From Deltaproteobacteria bacterium (GTDB lineage Bacteria; Myxococcota_A; SURF-8), in the NCBI GenBank assembly GCA_029570245.1, contig JAKQSH010000367.1, positions 1 to 47,665 on the forward strand: 47,665 bases of DNA, given 5' to 3'. Within the stretch, counting starts at the first letter, position 1. Every line of letters starts with the position of its first letter. Made by a program: the position numbers and the translations under genes. The notes beneath the pieces were generated by a model that had not been told where the DNA came from, searched no databases, and was given only the letters and a program-made list of their open reading frames with translations. Positions 18,124 through 27,534 of the stretch are shown here, in pieces.

Positions 18124-18256
18124 TTATTTATCCTTCCGCCTGCATTTATATTTTAGTGCAGTGAAATCTGAATTGCAAATACCCATCTGAGTTTGCATTT
18201 TTGAGGACGTGTATTGACTTTTTCCAACAACAGAAAATATTCCTCGCCAGCGCCGG

Positions 18257-18285
18257 TTGACTGTATCTGAACTTTAATCTAATAT
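18257..18285 (+). promoter_or_regulatory. Sigma70-type promoter candidate for the FG-GAP lipoprotein gene
   Basis: TTGACT (18257-18262), 17-nt spacer, TAATAT (18280-18285). It lies about 40 nt upstream of ATG 18327, with a GGAG SD in between. Confidence 0.5.
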
Positions 18286-18326
18286 ATGCCCGTTCTGACA
18301 ACAATTCAGATGAACGGAGTTTTATA

Positions 18327-20417
18327 ATGCTGAAAAAAATGATTTTCGCTCTTCTGGCAATCTTCATACTGCTTTGCGCCAACGCCTGTGGCGGCTCGGA
18401 CGACGGCGGCGAGGGCGAGGGCGAAGGTGAAGGCGAGGGCGAAGGCGAAGGTGAGGGTGAAGGCGAAGGTGAAGGCGAAGGTGAAGGCGAGGGCGATTCC
18501 GAGGCCGAAAGCGACGGCGATTCGGATTCGGAATGGAACAGCGAATACCCGCAGCCGGTCTGCAAAAGTCCCGGAATACTCGGACCCATCCGTCCGTATT
18601 TCAAGGAAGTCAGTTCCGAATGGGCCATGGACGCCACTGGCCTTGACGTTCAGGGCAACCGCATAGCTTCGGTCGATATCGACAACGACGGCTGGCCCGA
18701 TCTGATCGTCCACAAGGTGTCTTCCAACGTCCGCGACGACTTCGAAGCAAACCCTCCGACTGTAAACAAGCACATCTACATGAACCGTCCCGACCCGGAT
18801 GACGCGACGAAGCGCGTATTTACAGATGTCACCCGCGAATCCGGTTTCACTGCCACGCGCGACGGCGGCGAAGGCCGTTCGGCGCAACTGGCGGTGTGGG
18901 GCGATGTCAACAACGACGGCAATCTTGACGCATTCAGCGGCAATTACTACGACGCAAACCACCCCGAAACCGACACCGGCGACCGCAACGAAATTCTGCT
19001 GGGCGACGGCAAGGGCGGCTTCACTCTGGCTCCGAAATCCGACATAACGGTTGAAGCCGGAGCATACAATTCCACCACCGGAGCATCCTTCCTGGACTAC
19101 AATCTCGACGGCAATCTGGATGTCTGGGTAACATATTTCTATCAGAAATACGGCTATCTGCTTGCCATGCAGAACAGACTTTTCAAGGGCAACGGCGACG
19201 GCACTTTCGAAGATGTCACCGATGAAATGGGACTTACCACCGACGACAACGGTTACGACGACGGCACCAACCACAAGCCGTCCTACGGCGCCAGTGTATG
19301 CGACGTGAACAACGACGGACTGCCCGATCTTATAGGCTCTACATATGGTCGTCAGTTCAACGAACTGTGGGTCAACAAGGGCGACAGCTTCGAGGATGTA
19401 AGCCAGTCTTCCGGCTTCGCCTCGGACGACAACATGGATTTCAGCGACAATCAGTTCTACAGGTGCTACTGCACAGTTCACGAATGCAACCCCGATCCAG
19501 GCAATCCAAGAGTACAGTGTCCCGATCCGGCGGATTCATACTGGTCAAGCGACGACGAAAAAGCCTGGCGCAACGGCGGCAATACCTTCTCGACTCTCTG
19601 CGGCGACTGGACCGGCGACGGTTTCCCCGATCTTTTCAACACCGAAATACAGCATTGGCACATCGGGCAGTCGTCCGACCCATCTCAGCTGCTGGTAAAC
19701 ACGACTTCCGTAATCGGCGTCAAATTCGACCGTCCCGGACGCGAAGCTACCGGCCTGACGCGCGCTCATGTAGGTTCGGACTGGAACGAAGGCGACATAA
19801 CCGCTGCGCGTTTCGATTTCGATCTTGACGGTTATCCCGATCTTTACCTGTGCAGTTCCGATTATCCCAATACCTGGGGTCGCCTCTATCATCAGGTCGA
19901 AGACGGCGTCTTTGAAGATGTCAACAAGGAAGCCGAAACCAAACACGAGCGGGCGCTGGGCATCACCACTTCCGACTTCGACCGCGACGGCGACCTGGAC
20001 ATGATAATAGGCTCCAGCACCATGCGCGAAAGCCCGTGGACAACGCCTCAGGTGTTCTTCTACAGAAACGAAATCGGGCAGTATTCCAACGCCGTCCGCC
20101 TGACGCTTAGAGGAAAAGGCGCCGGCTTTGCCAATGTCTCAGCCATCGGAGCCCGCGTGAAAATAAAAACCGGAGAACGCACACAGACGGAATGGGTTGA
20201 CGGCGGTTACGGACACTTCGGCAACCAGAACGATCTGACGCTGACCATCGGCCTTGGACAGAGCTGTGTCATCGACGAACTCGAAATCACCTGGCCGAAT
20301 TCCGAACTGAGCAAACAGGTCTTCCACGGAGTCCCGGCCAACTTCCACATCAGTCTTACAGAAGGCGGCGAGCTGGAATTTGTGGAAATGGTTCCCGGAT
20401 CGGCAGCAGCCGAATAA
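18327..20417 (+). CDS. Secreted lipoprotein with FG-GAP/VCBS repeats and a C-terminal ASPIC/UnbV domain (CRTAC1-family architecture)
   Basis: Lipobox CANAC, then a (GE)14 linker. There are seven Ca-binding-type repeats: DIDNDGWPDLIV, GDVNNDGNLDAF, LDYNLDGNLDVWV, CDVNNDGLPDLI, GDWTGDGFPDLF, FDFDLDGYPDLYL, SDFDRDGDLDMII. These are followed by AIGARVKIKTGERTQTEWVDGGYGHFGNQND (ASPIC/UnbV). Confidence 0.8.
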   Translation: MLKKMIFALLAIFILLCANACGGSDDGGEGEGEGEGEGEGEGEGEGEGEGEGEGEGDSEAESDGDSDSEWNSEYPQPVCKSPGILGPIRPYFKEVSSEWAMDATGLDVQGNRIASVDIDNDGWPDLIVHKVSSNVRDDFEANPPTVNKHIYMNRPDPDDATKRVFTDVTRESGFTATRDGGEGRSAQLAVWGDVNNDGNLDAFSGNYYDANHPETDTGDRNEILLGDGKGGFTLAPKSDITVEAGAYNSTTGASFLDYNLDGNLDVWVTYFYQKYGYLLAMQNRLFKGNGDGTFEDVTDEMGLTTDDNGYDDGTNHKPSYGASVCDVNNDGLPDLIGSTYGRQFNELWVNKGDSFEDVSQSSGFASDDNMDFSDNQFYRCYCTVHECNPDPGNPRVQCPDPADSYWSSDDEKAWRNGGNTFSTLCGDWTGDGFPDLFNTEIQHWHIGQSSDPSQLLVNTTSVIGVKFDRPGREATGLTRAHVGSDWNEGDITAARFDFDLDGYPDLYLCSSDYPNTWGRLYHQVEDGVFEDVNKEAETKHERALGITTSDFDRDGDLDMIIGSSTMRESPWTTPQVFFYRNEIGQYSNAVRLTLRGKGAGFANVSAIGARVKIKTGERTQTEWVDGGYGHFGNQNDLTLTIGLGQSCVIDELEITWPNSELSKQVFHGVPANFHISLTEGGELEFVEMVPGSAAAE
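18408..18491 (+). repeat. Coding hexanucleotide microsatellite (GGN-GAR)x14 that encodes 14 consecutive Gly-Glu dipeptides
   Basis: Counted codon by codon from G28 to E55 of the 18327 ORF. Only wobble positions vary. Confidence 0.95.
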
Positions 20418-20445
20418 ATCCGCGCTGACATACGATTCCATTAAA

Positions 20446-20475
20446 GGGTCTTCCGGTACGGAGGGCCCTTTTTTT
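20446..20475 (+). terminator. Rho-independent terminator of the FG-GAP gene
   Basis: GGGTCTTCCG (20446-20455), GTA loop, CGGAGGGCCC (20459-20468) giving a 10-bp stem with two G-U pairs, then T7. Confidence 0.8.
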
Positions 20476-20784
20476 CGAAAAAATTGGCGGTGGAAGAGAA
20501 AATCCGTTAGTAAAATATTAAATAGTACAGTTGATATTCGCGTTCTTACAGAAACAGTGAAGAAGCATCCTGATAATGACTCTTCGAAACAATCCGGTCA
20601 GATGCCGTGCACGGAAGAATGACGCGCACGGAAAAGCCGAGTTTCGATGCAGTTGAAGGCGGAGGATTGTCTTTCGACAAACTGACTGATAAGACACAGG
20701 ACGGTTTCTGAGCTTCTTTCTGAGCGGACCGTCGCTGAAAAAACATATAATCAAATGAATAAAAAACACTGAAGGAGCTGCTGC

Positions 20785-22431
20785 ATGTCGAATTACGAAT
20801 ATCCGGGCTGGTTCACCGAACGCATAGTCAGTTTAGAAGAAGCCATGAACACACTGGTCAAATCCGGTTCGGTGGTAGCTTCCGGTTTCGCCACCAACGA
20901 ACCGCACGCCTTCTATGAGAAGCTATGGGATCACATTCAGGCCAATGACATTCACGACCTCAACATCCGGCAGGCGCTTTTCATGGCGCCGCACAAGGTG
21001 CTTTTCGGCGACACGTTTTCGGCTCGTGGAAAGCTCGAAGGGCTGGCGGCATCTTCCGGTCCGCTGAAAGGTCTGGCCTCAAAAATCAACGCCGTCACGA
21101 AAAAACTGGACGGTCTGGGCCGCCTGATCGCCCATTATAAAGAACTTCAGGAACGCCGCATCGTTTTCACATCGCCTTTCATCGGCGCCGCCAACAACGT
21201 CATAATTCCGCCCAACGCCATCACAAATGCGCTTTATCCCGAATTCGTGGGGCGCAACACAACCCGCATGGGCATCACCGACATGCAGTCGGTGCATTTC
21301 CCGGACGGCACTTTCGCGCTTGGTTACGATTCCGACAACAACCCGAAAATCCACACCTGGATTCAGGTGATGACGCCGCCGAACGAAGACGGCGAACTCA
21401 GCCTGGGACCGGCCAACGGCGCGAACTCGGAAATCGTGGATAAGATTCTTGAGAAAAACGACGCCAACATCCTGCTTTTCATCAATCCCAAATATCCTTT
21501 CACGCGCGGACATGCCGATGCTCCGAATACGCTGCATATCGAGCGTCTTAAAGGTCTGGCCGAAAAGGGCAGGCTGTTCGTCGTCATGGACGACAGCCGC
21601 ATTCCGTTCATGCCAAAGGGCAGTTTCGACAACCCCAAGCCGGAAGAAGTGAAAATAGCCGAGAACGTGGTCAACCATATCGAAATGAATCTGCGTTATA
21701 CTGCGGGACGCGCCATTCAGGTCGGCATAGGCGGCACCGGAGTTCTGGCAATAAAGGCGCTCAAAAACGCCAGCTGGAGCGGACGGATTTATACCGAAAT
21801 GCTGGAGCCTTTCACTTACGAACTGCTCGAAAGCGGCAAGATCGCCGGTTCGCACTTCATCCGTAGAGACGGCACGCGCGAGCAGCTTGACGGAAAAATC
21901 GTCTGCACCTTCAGCATGGCAGAAGAAGGCAGTGACTTTTATTCAAAGCTGCACAACAACCCGCGCGTGGTGCTGGCCACCGCTTCGCGCGTTGTAATTT
22001 CCGAAGGTTTCTATTATGGAATGGGAATCAACAACATTCTGTCCATCGACTTCAACGCCCAGGTCAACTCCGGCGGACGCTTCAAAAATCATCATTCCGG
22101 CATCGGCGGCGCAGCTCAGATTCATCGCGGTCTTACCAAGGGCGGCATTTCGTATCTGCTGCTCAAATCCACTTATCGCGGCCTAGACGGTCGCGAGGTT
22201 TCCGCCATAACGCCGTTCCTGCCCGAAGGCACGCCGGTCAGCATCAACGGACCCGACATGCTGGGAGGACGCGAAAATTCGCGTGTTTTCCTGGTGACTG
22301 AATACGGCCTGGCGCAGGTCAACGGACTCAGCCAGTCGCAGTTCGTGCGCACCGCAATCGGGCTGGCGCACCCGAAATTCCGTGAACAGCTGAAGCGTCG
22401 AGCCTGGGAGGAATTCAGAATCAAGGTTTAG
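20785..22431 (+). CDS. Acetyl-CoA hydrolase/transferase-family protein (4-hydroxybutyrate/acyl-CoA transferase-like)
   Basis: SD GAAGGAG. N-terminal LVKSGSVVASGFATNEPHAFYEKLWDHI, central IQVGIGGTGVLAI, and C-terminal NHHSGIGGAAQIHRGL resemble the family's conserved glycine-rich motifs. At 548 aa it is longer than typical members, so the assignment is moderate. Confidence 0.55.
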   Translation: MSNYEYPGWFTERIVSLEEAMNTLVKSGSVVASGFATNEPHAFYEKLWDHIQANDIHDLNIRQALFMAPHKVLFGDTFSARGKLEGLAASSGPLKGLASKINAVTKKLDGLGRLIAHYKELQERRIVFTSPFIGAANNVIIPPNAITNALYPEFVGRNTTRMGITDMQSVHFPDGTFALGYDSDNNPKIHTWIQVMTPPNEDGELSLGPANGANSEIVDKILEKNDANILLFINPKYPFTRGHADAPNTLHIERLKGLAEKGRLFVVMDDSRIPFMPKGSFDNPKPEEVKIAENVVNHIEMNLRYTAGRAIQVGIGGTGVLAIKALKNASWSGRIYTEMLEPFTYELLESGKIAGSHFIRRDGTREQLDGKIVCTFSMAEEGSDFYSKLHNNPRVVLATASRVVISEGFYYGMGINNILSIDFNAQVNSGGRFKNHHSGIGGAAQIHRGLTKGGISYLLLKSTYRGLDGREVSAITPFLPEGTPVSINGPDMLGGRENSRVFLVTEYGLAQVNGLSQSQFVRTAIGLAHPKFREQLKRRAWEEFRIKV

Positions 22432-22449
22432 TTCTGTCTTATAATACTG

Positions 22450-22480
22450 AAAAGGCGGGCCTTCTACGGCCCGCCTTTTT
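22450..22480. terminator. Bidirectional rho-independent terminator between the CoA-transferase and rsmB genes
   Basis: AAAA-GGCGGGCC (22454-22461), 6-nt loop, GGCCCGCC (22468-22475), then TTTTT. Confidence 0.85.
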
Positions 22481-22489
22481 ATTGCATTC

Positions 22490-22514
22490 AATGCGCGCGC
22501 GAAGCGCGCGCATT
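22490..22514. repeat. GC hairpin AATGCGCGCGC-GAA-GCGCGCGCATT, the second copy of the motif at 16285
   Basis: Perfect 11-bp stem with a GAA loop, located just 3' of rsmB. Confidence 0.5.
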
Positions 22515-22519
22515 CGTCT

Positions 22520-23980
22520 TCAGATGCTTCTGCGCACGGCTTTAAAGGCCGCAAAGCCGTCAAGCTCGACGGCGGGACGGGTATCCATGTAAGGCAGACC
22601 GAGGTGTTCCTTCCATAATCCACGGTTTACTTCTGCGCTTTTCACAATCTCGAAATCCTTGAATTGCGAGAAATATTCAAGCTGATCCAGAGTTTCCTCG
22701 CGGGTGTAGGTGCAGACGGCAAACACCAGTACGCCGCCAGGTTTTACATAGCGGCGGGCGTTGTCCAGTATGGCGCGGGCGATTACCGCACGCTCGGCGA
22801 TATCCTGCGGTCCGCGCCGGTAACGTATTTCGGGATGGCGGCGGATTATACCCAGCGCCGAACAGGGCGCGTCAATAAGCACGCGGTCGAAGGACGCTTC
22901 TTCAAGCCCCGGCAGCGCTTTCATCGAATCGGCCTCCAGAGTGCGGATAATGTCCAGCCCGCAGAGCTGCGACTGCGTCGCCAGCAGTTCCAGGCGCGCA
23001 CCGTGTATGTCCAGCGAAAACACCTCGCCGGAGTTGTTCATCAGTGCGGCGGCCTGCAGACTTTTTCCGCCCGGAGCGGCGCACATGTCAAGCACGCGCA
23101 TGCCCGGTTGCGGATCGAGCAGCACTCCCACAAGCTGCGCGGCTTCGTCCATGGCGTGACAGTCGCCGTTTTCCATCAGACTTCGCACGGCGCTGAAATC
23201 TCCGGCTTCGAAGGATACGGCATCCGGGGCATAGTCGCCCGGACGCGGATCGGCGCCGGCTTCCTGAGCAATTCTGAAAAACTCAACCAGATTATGACGG
23301 GAGCGGTTGATGCACACCGTAAGCGGCGGAATGCGGTTTACGGCTTCGGCGCGGGCCTTGAGCTGCGTCAGCAGAATGCGGCGGTCATCAACGCCGGAAG
23401 CTTCGATTTCCGCCGCCCAGCGTTCGAGTATCCAGCGCGGCGTAGAATGTTCCACCGCCAGACGTTCCAGAGCATCGCGCGGCAGCTCAGGCTCGTGTAC
23501 ATCGTCGCGCCACAAGCGCAGATACTTGCGCAGAACAGCGTTTATGAATCCCACGGCGTGTGTGCGATCTACCGAGCGCGCCAGTTTGCCGGCCTCATCC
23601 AGAACGGCATGCTGCGGAATGCGATCCAGAAAAATCAGCTGATAGAGCGACAGCCGCAGAATATTGAGCACCGGCGGATCGACCTTGACGGTCTTGCGCG
23701 CCGACAGCTGGCGAATCCACTGATCGAGCAGCAGCCGTTTGCGCAGCGTGCCGTAAAGCAGTTCGTTGGCCAGGCGTATGTCTTCGGATTTTACAGAGTC
23801 CGATTTTCCGGCGGCCTCGGCCCTGGCGATTTCTTTTGCAATCAGCCCGTGCAGCACCAGGTTCGAAAAAGAACCTTCGTGTTCCACCCGCAACAGAGCC
23901 TTAAGAGCCACGCGCCGGGCGTTTATGAAACCGCGACTGGCTGCGACCATTGAGGCGTGCGAAAAGTTGCGCGCTTTCAA
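22520..23980 (-). CDS. rsmB: 16S rRNA (cytosine-C5)-methyltransferase RsmB/Sun
   Basis: NusB-like N-terminal region (RRVALKALLRVEHEGSFSN). SAM motif DMCAAPGGKS. Catalytic Cys motifs DAPCSALGIIRRHPE and LVFAVCTYTREE. It sits in the conserved def-fmt-rsmB order. Confidence 0.9.
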   Translation of the reverse strand: MKARNFSHASMVAASRGFINARRVALKALLRVEHEGSFSNLVLHGLIAKEIARAEAAGKSDSVKSEDIRLANELLYGTLRKRLLLDQWIRQLSARKTVKVDPPVLNILRLSLYQLIFLDRIPQHAVLDEAGKLARSVDRTHAVGFINAVLRKYLRLWRDDVHEPELPRDALERLAVEHSTPRWILERWAAEIEASGVDDRRILLTQLKARAEAVNRIPPLTVCINRSRHNLVEFFRIAQEAGADPRPGDYAPDAVSFEAGDFSAVRSLMENGDCHAMDEAAQLVGVLLDPQPGMRVLDMCAAPGGKSLQAAALMNNSGEVFSLDIHGARLELLATQSQLCGLDIIRTLEADSMKALPGLEEASFDRVLIDAPCSALGIIRRHPEIRYRRGPQDIAERAVIARAILDNARRYVKPGGVLVFAVCTYTREETLDQLEYFSQFKDFEIVKSAEVNRGLWKEHLGLPYMDTRPAVELDGFAAFKAVRRSI

Positions 23981-24945
23981 TTCGTCTCCCCGTCTCCGAA
24001 ATGGAAACCTATTTCAAGCGGGCATCCGCACAGGAAAGAAGCTGTTTCCAGTTTTTTATGATTTTCCTGCTGACAGGTTTTTATGAGCAGACCGTCTTTT
24101 CCGCAGGCGACAATAAGACCTTTCTTAGTCGAACAGGCCACTACGGTTCCAGGTTCACCTGAAACACCTTCGGCGACTTCTGCTTCCCAGATTTTAAGGT
24201 AAGAATCGTTTATATAGGTGAAAGCGCCGGGCCATGGATTCATGCCGCGCACCTGACGTTCTATTTCGGCAGCGCTGCGATTCCAGTCGATGCGCCCGTC
24301 TTCCTTCTGCAGCTGCGGGGCGTAAGTCGCCAGACTTTCGTCCTGCTCACGCTCCACAAGCCCGCCGGAAGCGGCCAGTCGCACAGTTTCGCACATGCCT
24401 TCCGGCGCAACGGCTGCCATTTTCGCCGTAAGAGTTTCCACAGTTTCGTTTTTTTCGAGCGGGATTTTCTTCTGCCACAGCAGCGGACCGGCATCAAGTT
24501 TTTTAACGATACGCTGAATGCTTACGCCGCTTTCGGAAAAGCCGTTGATGATGGCCCAGTTTATCGGCGCCGCACCGCGCAGAAGCGGCAGAAGCGAAGT
24601 GTGCGCATTGAAGATTCCCAGCTTCGGCATGTCGATCAGCCACTGCGGAAGTATCAGGCCGAACGCCATAACGCAGAAAACGTCGGCATCGAACGCCGCC
24701 AGTGCTTCGCGGAAGCCTTCGTCACGATGCGATTCCGGTTGCAGAACGGCAATATTGTGAGCCAGGGCGAATTCTTTAACCGGAGAAAATTCAAGCTTGT
24801 GGCGGTCGCGTCCGCGCGTGCGGTCGGGACGCGTCACGGCACAGACGACATCGAAGCGTTCGTGCAGAACGGTCAGTGTCGGCAGCGCTATTTCAGGCGT
24901 GCCGAAAAATACGACCTTAACGTTCGACGTAGTCCGTTCCGGCAT
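23977..24945 (-). CDS. fmt: Methionyl-tRNA formyltransferase
   Basis: Motifs: VVFFGTPEIALPTL and NAHTSLLPLLRGAAPINWAIING, plus a C-terminal beta-barrel domain. Its stop overlaps the rsmB start (ATGA). Confidence 0.9.
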   Translation of the reverse strand: MPERTTSNVKVVFFGTPEIALPTLTVLHERFDVVCAVTRPDRTRGRDRHKLEFSPVKEFALAHNIAVLQPESHRDEGFREALAAFDADVFCVMAFGLILPQWLIDMPKLGIFNAHTSLLPLLRGAAPINWAIINGFSESGVSIQRIVKKLDAGPLLWQKKIPLEKNETVETLTAKMAAVAPEGMCETVRLAASGGLVEREQDESLATYAPQLQKEDGRIDWNRSAAEIERQVRGMNPWPGAFTYINDSYLKIWEAEVAEGVSGEPGTVVACSTKKGLIVACGKDGLLIKTCQQENHKKLETASFLCGCPLEIGFHFGDGETN

Positions 24946-25450
24946 AGGAGTGTTCCTTGTTCCACTGGTTAACGCGACGCTGCGCCGACACCCGCTTCAG
25001 ACTCGACAGATAGTCGATGAACATTTTTCCGTCAAGGTGGTCGGTTTCATGCTGAGCAGCGATGGCCAGCATACCCTCGGCTTCGATTTCGTGCGTTACG
25101 CCCTCAAGATCGGTATAACGCAGCCTGACAAACTCGGCGCGCGGAATTTCCTCGAAATAATTCGGCACCGACAGGCAGCCTTCTTCCATGCTGGTCTGTC
25201 CGCGTTTTTCCAGAATCTCCGGGTTTATCAGAGTCAGCAGCTGCGCCGGCTGGCCCTCTTCGGCTACGTCAATGGTTACAATGCGCAGGTTTGCGCCGAT
25301 CTGCGGAGCGGCCAGGCCGACTCCGGGCGCCGCGTACATGGTTTCGGCCATATCCTCGGCAAGTTTGCGGATTTCGTCGGTGATTTCCTTGACTGGTTCG
25401 GCCTTGCGGCGCAGTTTTTTGTCGGGAATGGTCAGAATTCTGTAAATCAT
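24917..25450 (-). CDS. def: Peptide deformylase
   Basis: The three canonical motifs are present: GVGLAAPQIG, EGCLSVP, QHETDHLDG. Confidence 0.95.
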   Translation of the reverse strand: MIYRILTIPDKKLRRKAEPVKEITDEIRKLAEDMAETMYAAPGVGLAAPQIGANLRIVTIDVAEEGQPAQLLTLINPEILEKRGQTSMEEGCLSVPNYFEEIPRAEFVRLRYTDLEGVTHEIEAEGMLAIAAQHETDHLDGKMFIDYLSSLKRVSAQRRVNQWNKEHSYAGTDYVER

Positions 25451-25475
25451 AACAACCTCTTTAAAACCGCCGGGT

Positions 25476-26168
25476 TCAGTGCGTCATTTCCTCGCCCAGC
25501 AGATAATGCATTCCGTCTCCCAGCGTAGTCGAATAAAGCAGCTTTTCCCTGAAGCGGTCAAGCAGGCGCTCCATGCGCTGCAAAGGATCGTCTTCAAGCA
25601 GCTGCTGGCGCTCGGATGGGGTAAGTCTTAAAAGCGCCGCAGCCAGCGGCACGAAATTTTCTATGGAAACCTGGCTGATTCTGTCCAGTGTTCCGCGCGG
25701 AATCGGATCAAGCAGGTTCTGAATGCTGGAATCCATGAAGAGCCGCATGATGTCTTCGCGCGCGTCGAAAATGCGCATCAGTTCCAGCTGATCGTTGTCT
25801 TCGTTGAGAATCTCCACAAAGACACGTCTGTACGGAAAAGACGAAGCTTCGTCAAGCAGCATGATTTTGCGTGTTCCGCGAATATAGGCGCTGATGCCGC
25901 CGCCGTTCATGCTGCGATGAGCTGCGATGCGTCCGATACAGCCGATACGGTGAATGCGATCAAGCGGAACGCCGTGATTGTCGATGTCGGCGAAACGGCT
26001 TTTCTGCAGGGCGAAAGCCACAAGTCCGTTGCCCTCTGCGGCATCAAGCAGCATGGCTTCGTAAGTCGGCTGCTGAATGAAAAGCGGCAGATCGGCGCCC
26101 GGAAACAGCACGACAGACGGCATGACGAACAGAGGCAGCGGTTCTGATATGTTGATTATGTGGTTCAA
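25476..26168 (-). CDS. LON N-terminal (substrate-binding, PUA-like) domain protein, with no ATPase or protease domain
   Basis: LPLFVMPSVVLFPGADLPLFIQQPTYEAMLLDA... matches the start of the Lon N-domain. 230 aa. Confidence 0.7.
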   Translation of the reverse strand: MNHIINISEPLPLFVMPSVVLFPGADLPLFIQQPTYEAMLLDAAEGNGLVAFALQKSRFADIDNHGVPLDRIHRIGCIGRIAAHRSMNGGGISAYIRGTRKIMLLDEASSFPYRRVFVEILNEDNDQLELMRIFDAREDIMRLFMDSSIQNLLDPIPRGTLDRISQVSIENFVPLAAALLRLTPSERQQLLEDDPLQRMERLLDRFREKLLYSTTLGDGMHYLLGEEMTH

Positions 26169-26180
26169 TTTTTATTCCTG

Positions 26181-26798
26181 TCAGAAAAACGGGTTGTTTT
26201 CGCGCTCGAATCCAATGCTTGTGGACGGCCCGTGACCCGGATAAACTACCAGATCGTCCGGCAGACACAACAGTTTTTCTTTTATGGACTGCATAATCTG
26301 TCCGTAAGAGCCGCCGGGAAGATCGGTGCGTCCGATAGACATCTGAAATAGCGTATCGCCTGAAAGCATGAAACCGTCGCCCAGCAGGCAGACTCCGCCG
26401 GGAGTATGGCCGGGCGTGTGAATAACGCGCAGTTCAGATTTTCCGGCCTCAAGGACTTCGTTATCTTCCAGGTGCCCGTCAACGCGAGGAATTTCCACCT
26501 GTCCCATTCCGAACATGCGTGCCGCCGCCGGAGCCTGCCGCAGAAGCGGAACATCGTCGCCATGAATCTTCATCGGCAATTTCAGCAGATTCTGTAATTC
26601 CGCCGCCCCGGCGATGTGGTCGATATGCCCGTGAGTACAGATAATGGCCAGCGGCTTCAGATTGTTTTCCTGTATATAACTGACAATCTTATGATTTTCA
26701 CCGCCCGGATCGACAACAAAAACCTCGCGGCTGTCTTCATCGCCGACGACATAGGTGTTTTCGAGTATGGGTCCGACTTCGAATGTTTTCAGAATCAT
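26181..26798 (-). CDS. MBL-fold metallo-hydrolase (glyoxalase II-like)
   Basis: Motifs: THGHIDHIAG (HxHxDH), HTPGHTPG, SGDTLF, YPGHGPST. Confidence 0.85.
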   Translation of the reverse strand: MILKTFEVGPILENTYVVGDEDSREVFVVDPGGENHKIVSYIQENNLKPLAIICTHGHIDHIAGAAELQNLLKLPMKIHGDDVPLLRQAPAAARMFGMGQVEIPRVDGHLEDNEVLEAGKSELRVIHTPGHTPGGVCLLGDGFMLSGDTLFQMSIGRTDLPGGSYGQIMQSIKEKLLCLPDDLVVYPGHGPSTSIGFERENNPFF

Positions 26799-27270
26799 CG
26801 GTATCTTTCCGCCTGTAAGACTTCACATCTCCGGAGTTCCCCGACAGAACCCGGTATTTTCTGTTATCCGTCCGGCAGCCGGAATAAAGGCTTCCGCCAT
26901 CTGGCGCCGATCATGTTTCTGATGTTTCTTGCGCAGGAACACCGGACATCTTCTTACTTAATTATACGGTATTTCAGGCAAGTTGTAAACACCCGGACTG
27001 CACACTGCCGGAAAGCGGAAGCAAATCAGAAGCTTCCCGCAGGCTTTATATCGCCGCCAGGATTTTACAGCATGCTTTACGGTTGTTTTTCTGGCAAGTT
27101 CGATGTTGAAGTGAATTTTGCAGATTTTAATCTTCGTTCCGCTCATCTTTTTCTTGCTTAAGACATAAAAAAGATGTTTTATTGAATGAGCAACCACTCA
27201 TAATGTAGCCTTGACGCCGAACATTTCGACTGGACCGGCATTCTGTGAAACTCGTAGCGATGTTATTGGA

Positions 27271-27309
27271 TTCACGCGTGAAATTTGATTTTGTGCCTGA
27301 AATATTTCA
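27271..27309. promoter_or_regulatory. Two perfect 12-nt palindromes, TTCACGCGTGAA (27271-27282) and TGAAATATTTCA (27298-27309), upstream of the hydrogenase operon. They are candidate operator sites.
   Basis: Both were verified as self-complementary by hand. They are built from TGAA/TTCA half-sites. The second matches the TGAA-N4-TTCA core of Rex-type operators. Confidence 0.35.
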
Positions 27310-27376
27310 AGCCAAATCAACAGGTTGCACGTTTCGAAATTTGTCTCTTATTGAGTAAGACACCGACTGATTATGC

Positions 27377-27405
27377 TTGACATTCACACCTTCGGATGTT
27401 AGAAA
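27377..27405 (+). promoter_or_regulatory. Weak sigma70-type promoter candidate for the receiver/hydrogenase operon
   Basis: TTGACA (27377-27382), 17-nt spacer, TAGAAA (27400-27405), about 130 nt upstream of ATG 27535. Confidence 0.3.
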
Positions 27406-27534
27406 ATCAGCGGTCACAACGCGAAACTATGAATAGAATACCGAAGTAATGGGTGTTTAAGCAGACAGATACAGGTTGCCGTGACTCGCTTAGCGGGAGA
27501 CGGTCGTGTACTTCACTCTCAGGAGGATAGTTAA

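Noticed and set aside
16271-18326. Classifying the ATPase/DUF4276 island or the Abi island as a mobile element
   Set aside because: No integrase, transposase, recombinase, tRNA target or terminal inverted or direct repeats bracket either island. Only compositional contrast and the one-sided 9-bp repeat at fliA were seen, so no mobile_element feature is claimed.
18408-18491. Possibility that the regular GGCGAR repeats, or any other periodic region, represent a CRISPR array
   Set aside because: The period is 6 nt, inside a continuous ORF, with no spacers. No repeat-spacer structure of 25-40 nt units was seen anywhere in the window, and no cas genes are present.
26958-27197. 79-aa basic ORF (minus strand) and ORF 26616..27161(+) in the 735-nt spacer before the hydrogenase operon
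   Set aside because: There is no SD and no motifs, and the plus-strand ORF overlaps the MBL gene antisense. The spacer is better explained as promoter, operator and 5' UTR.
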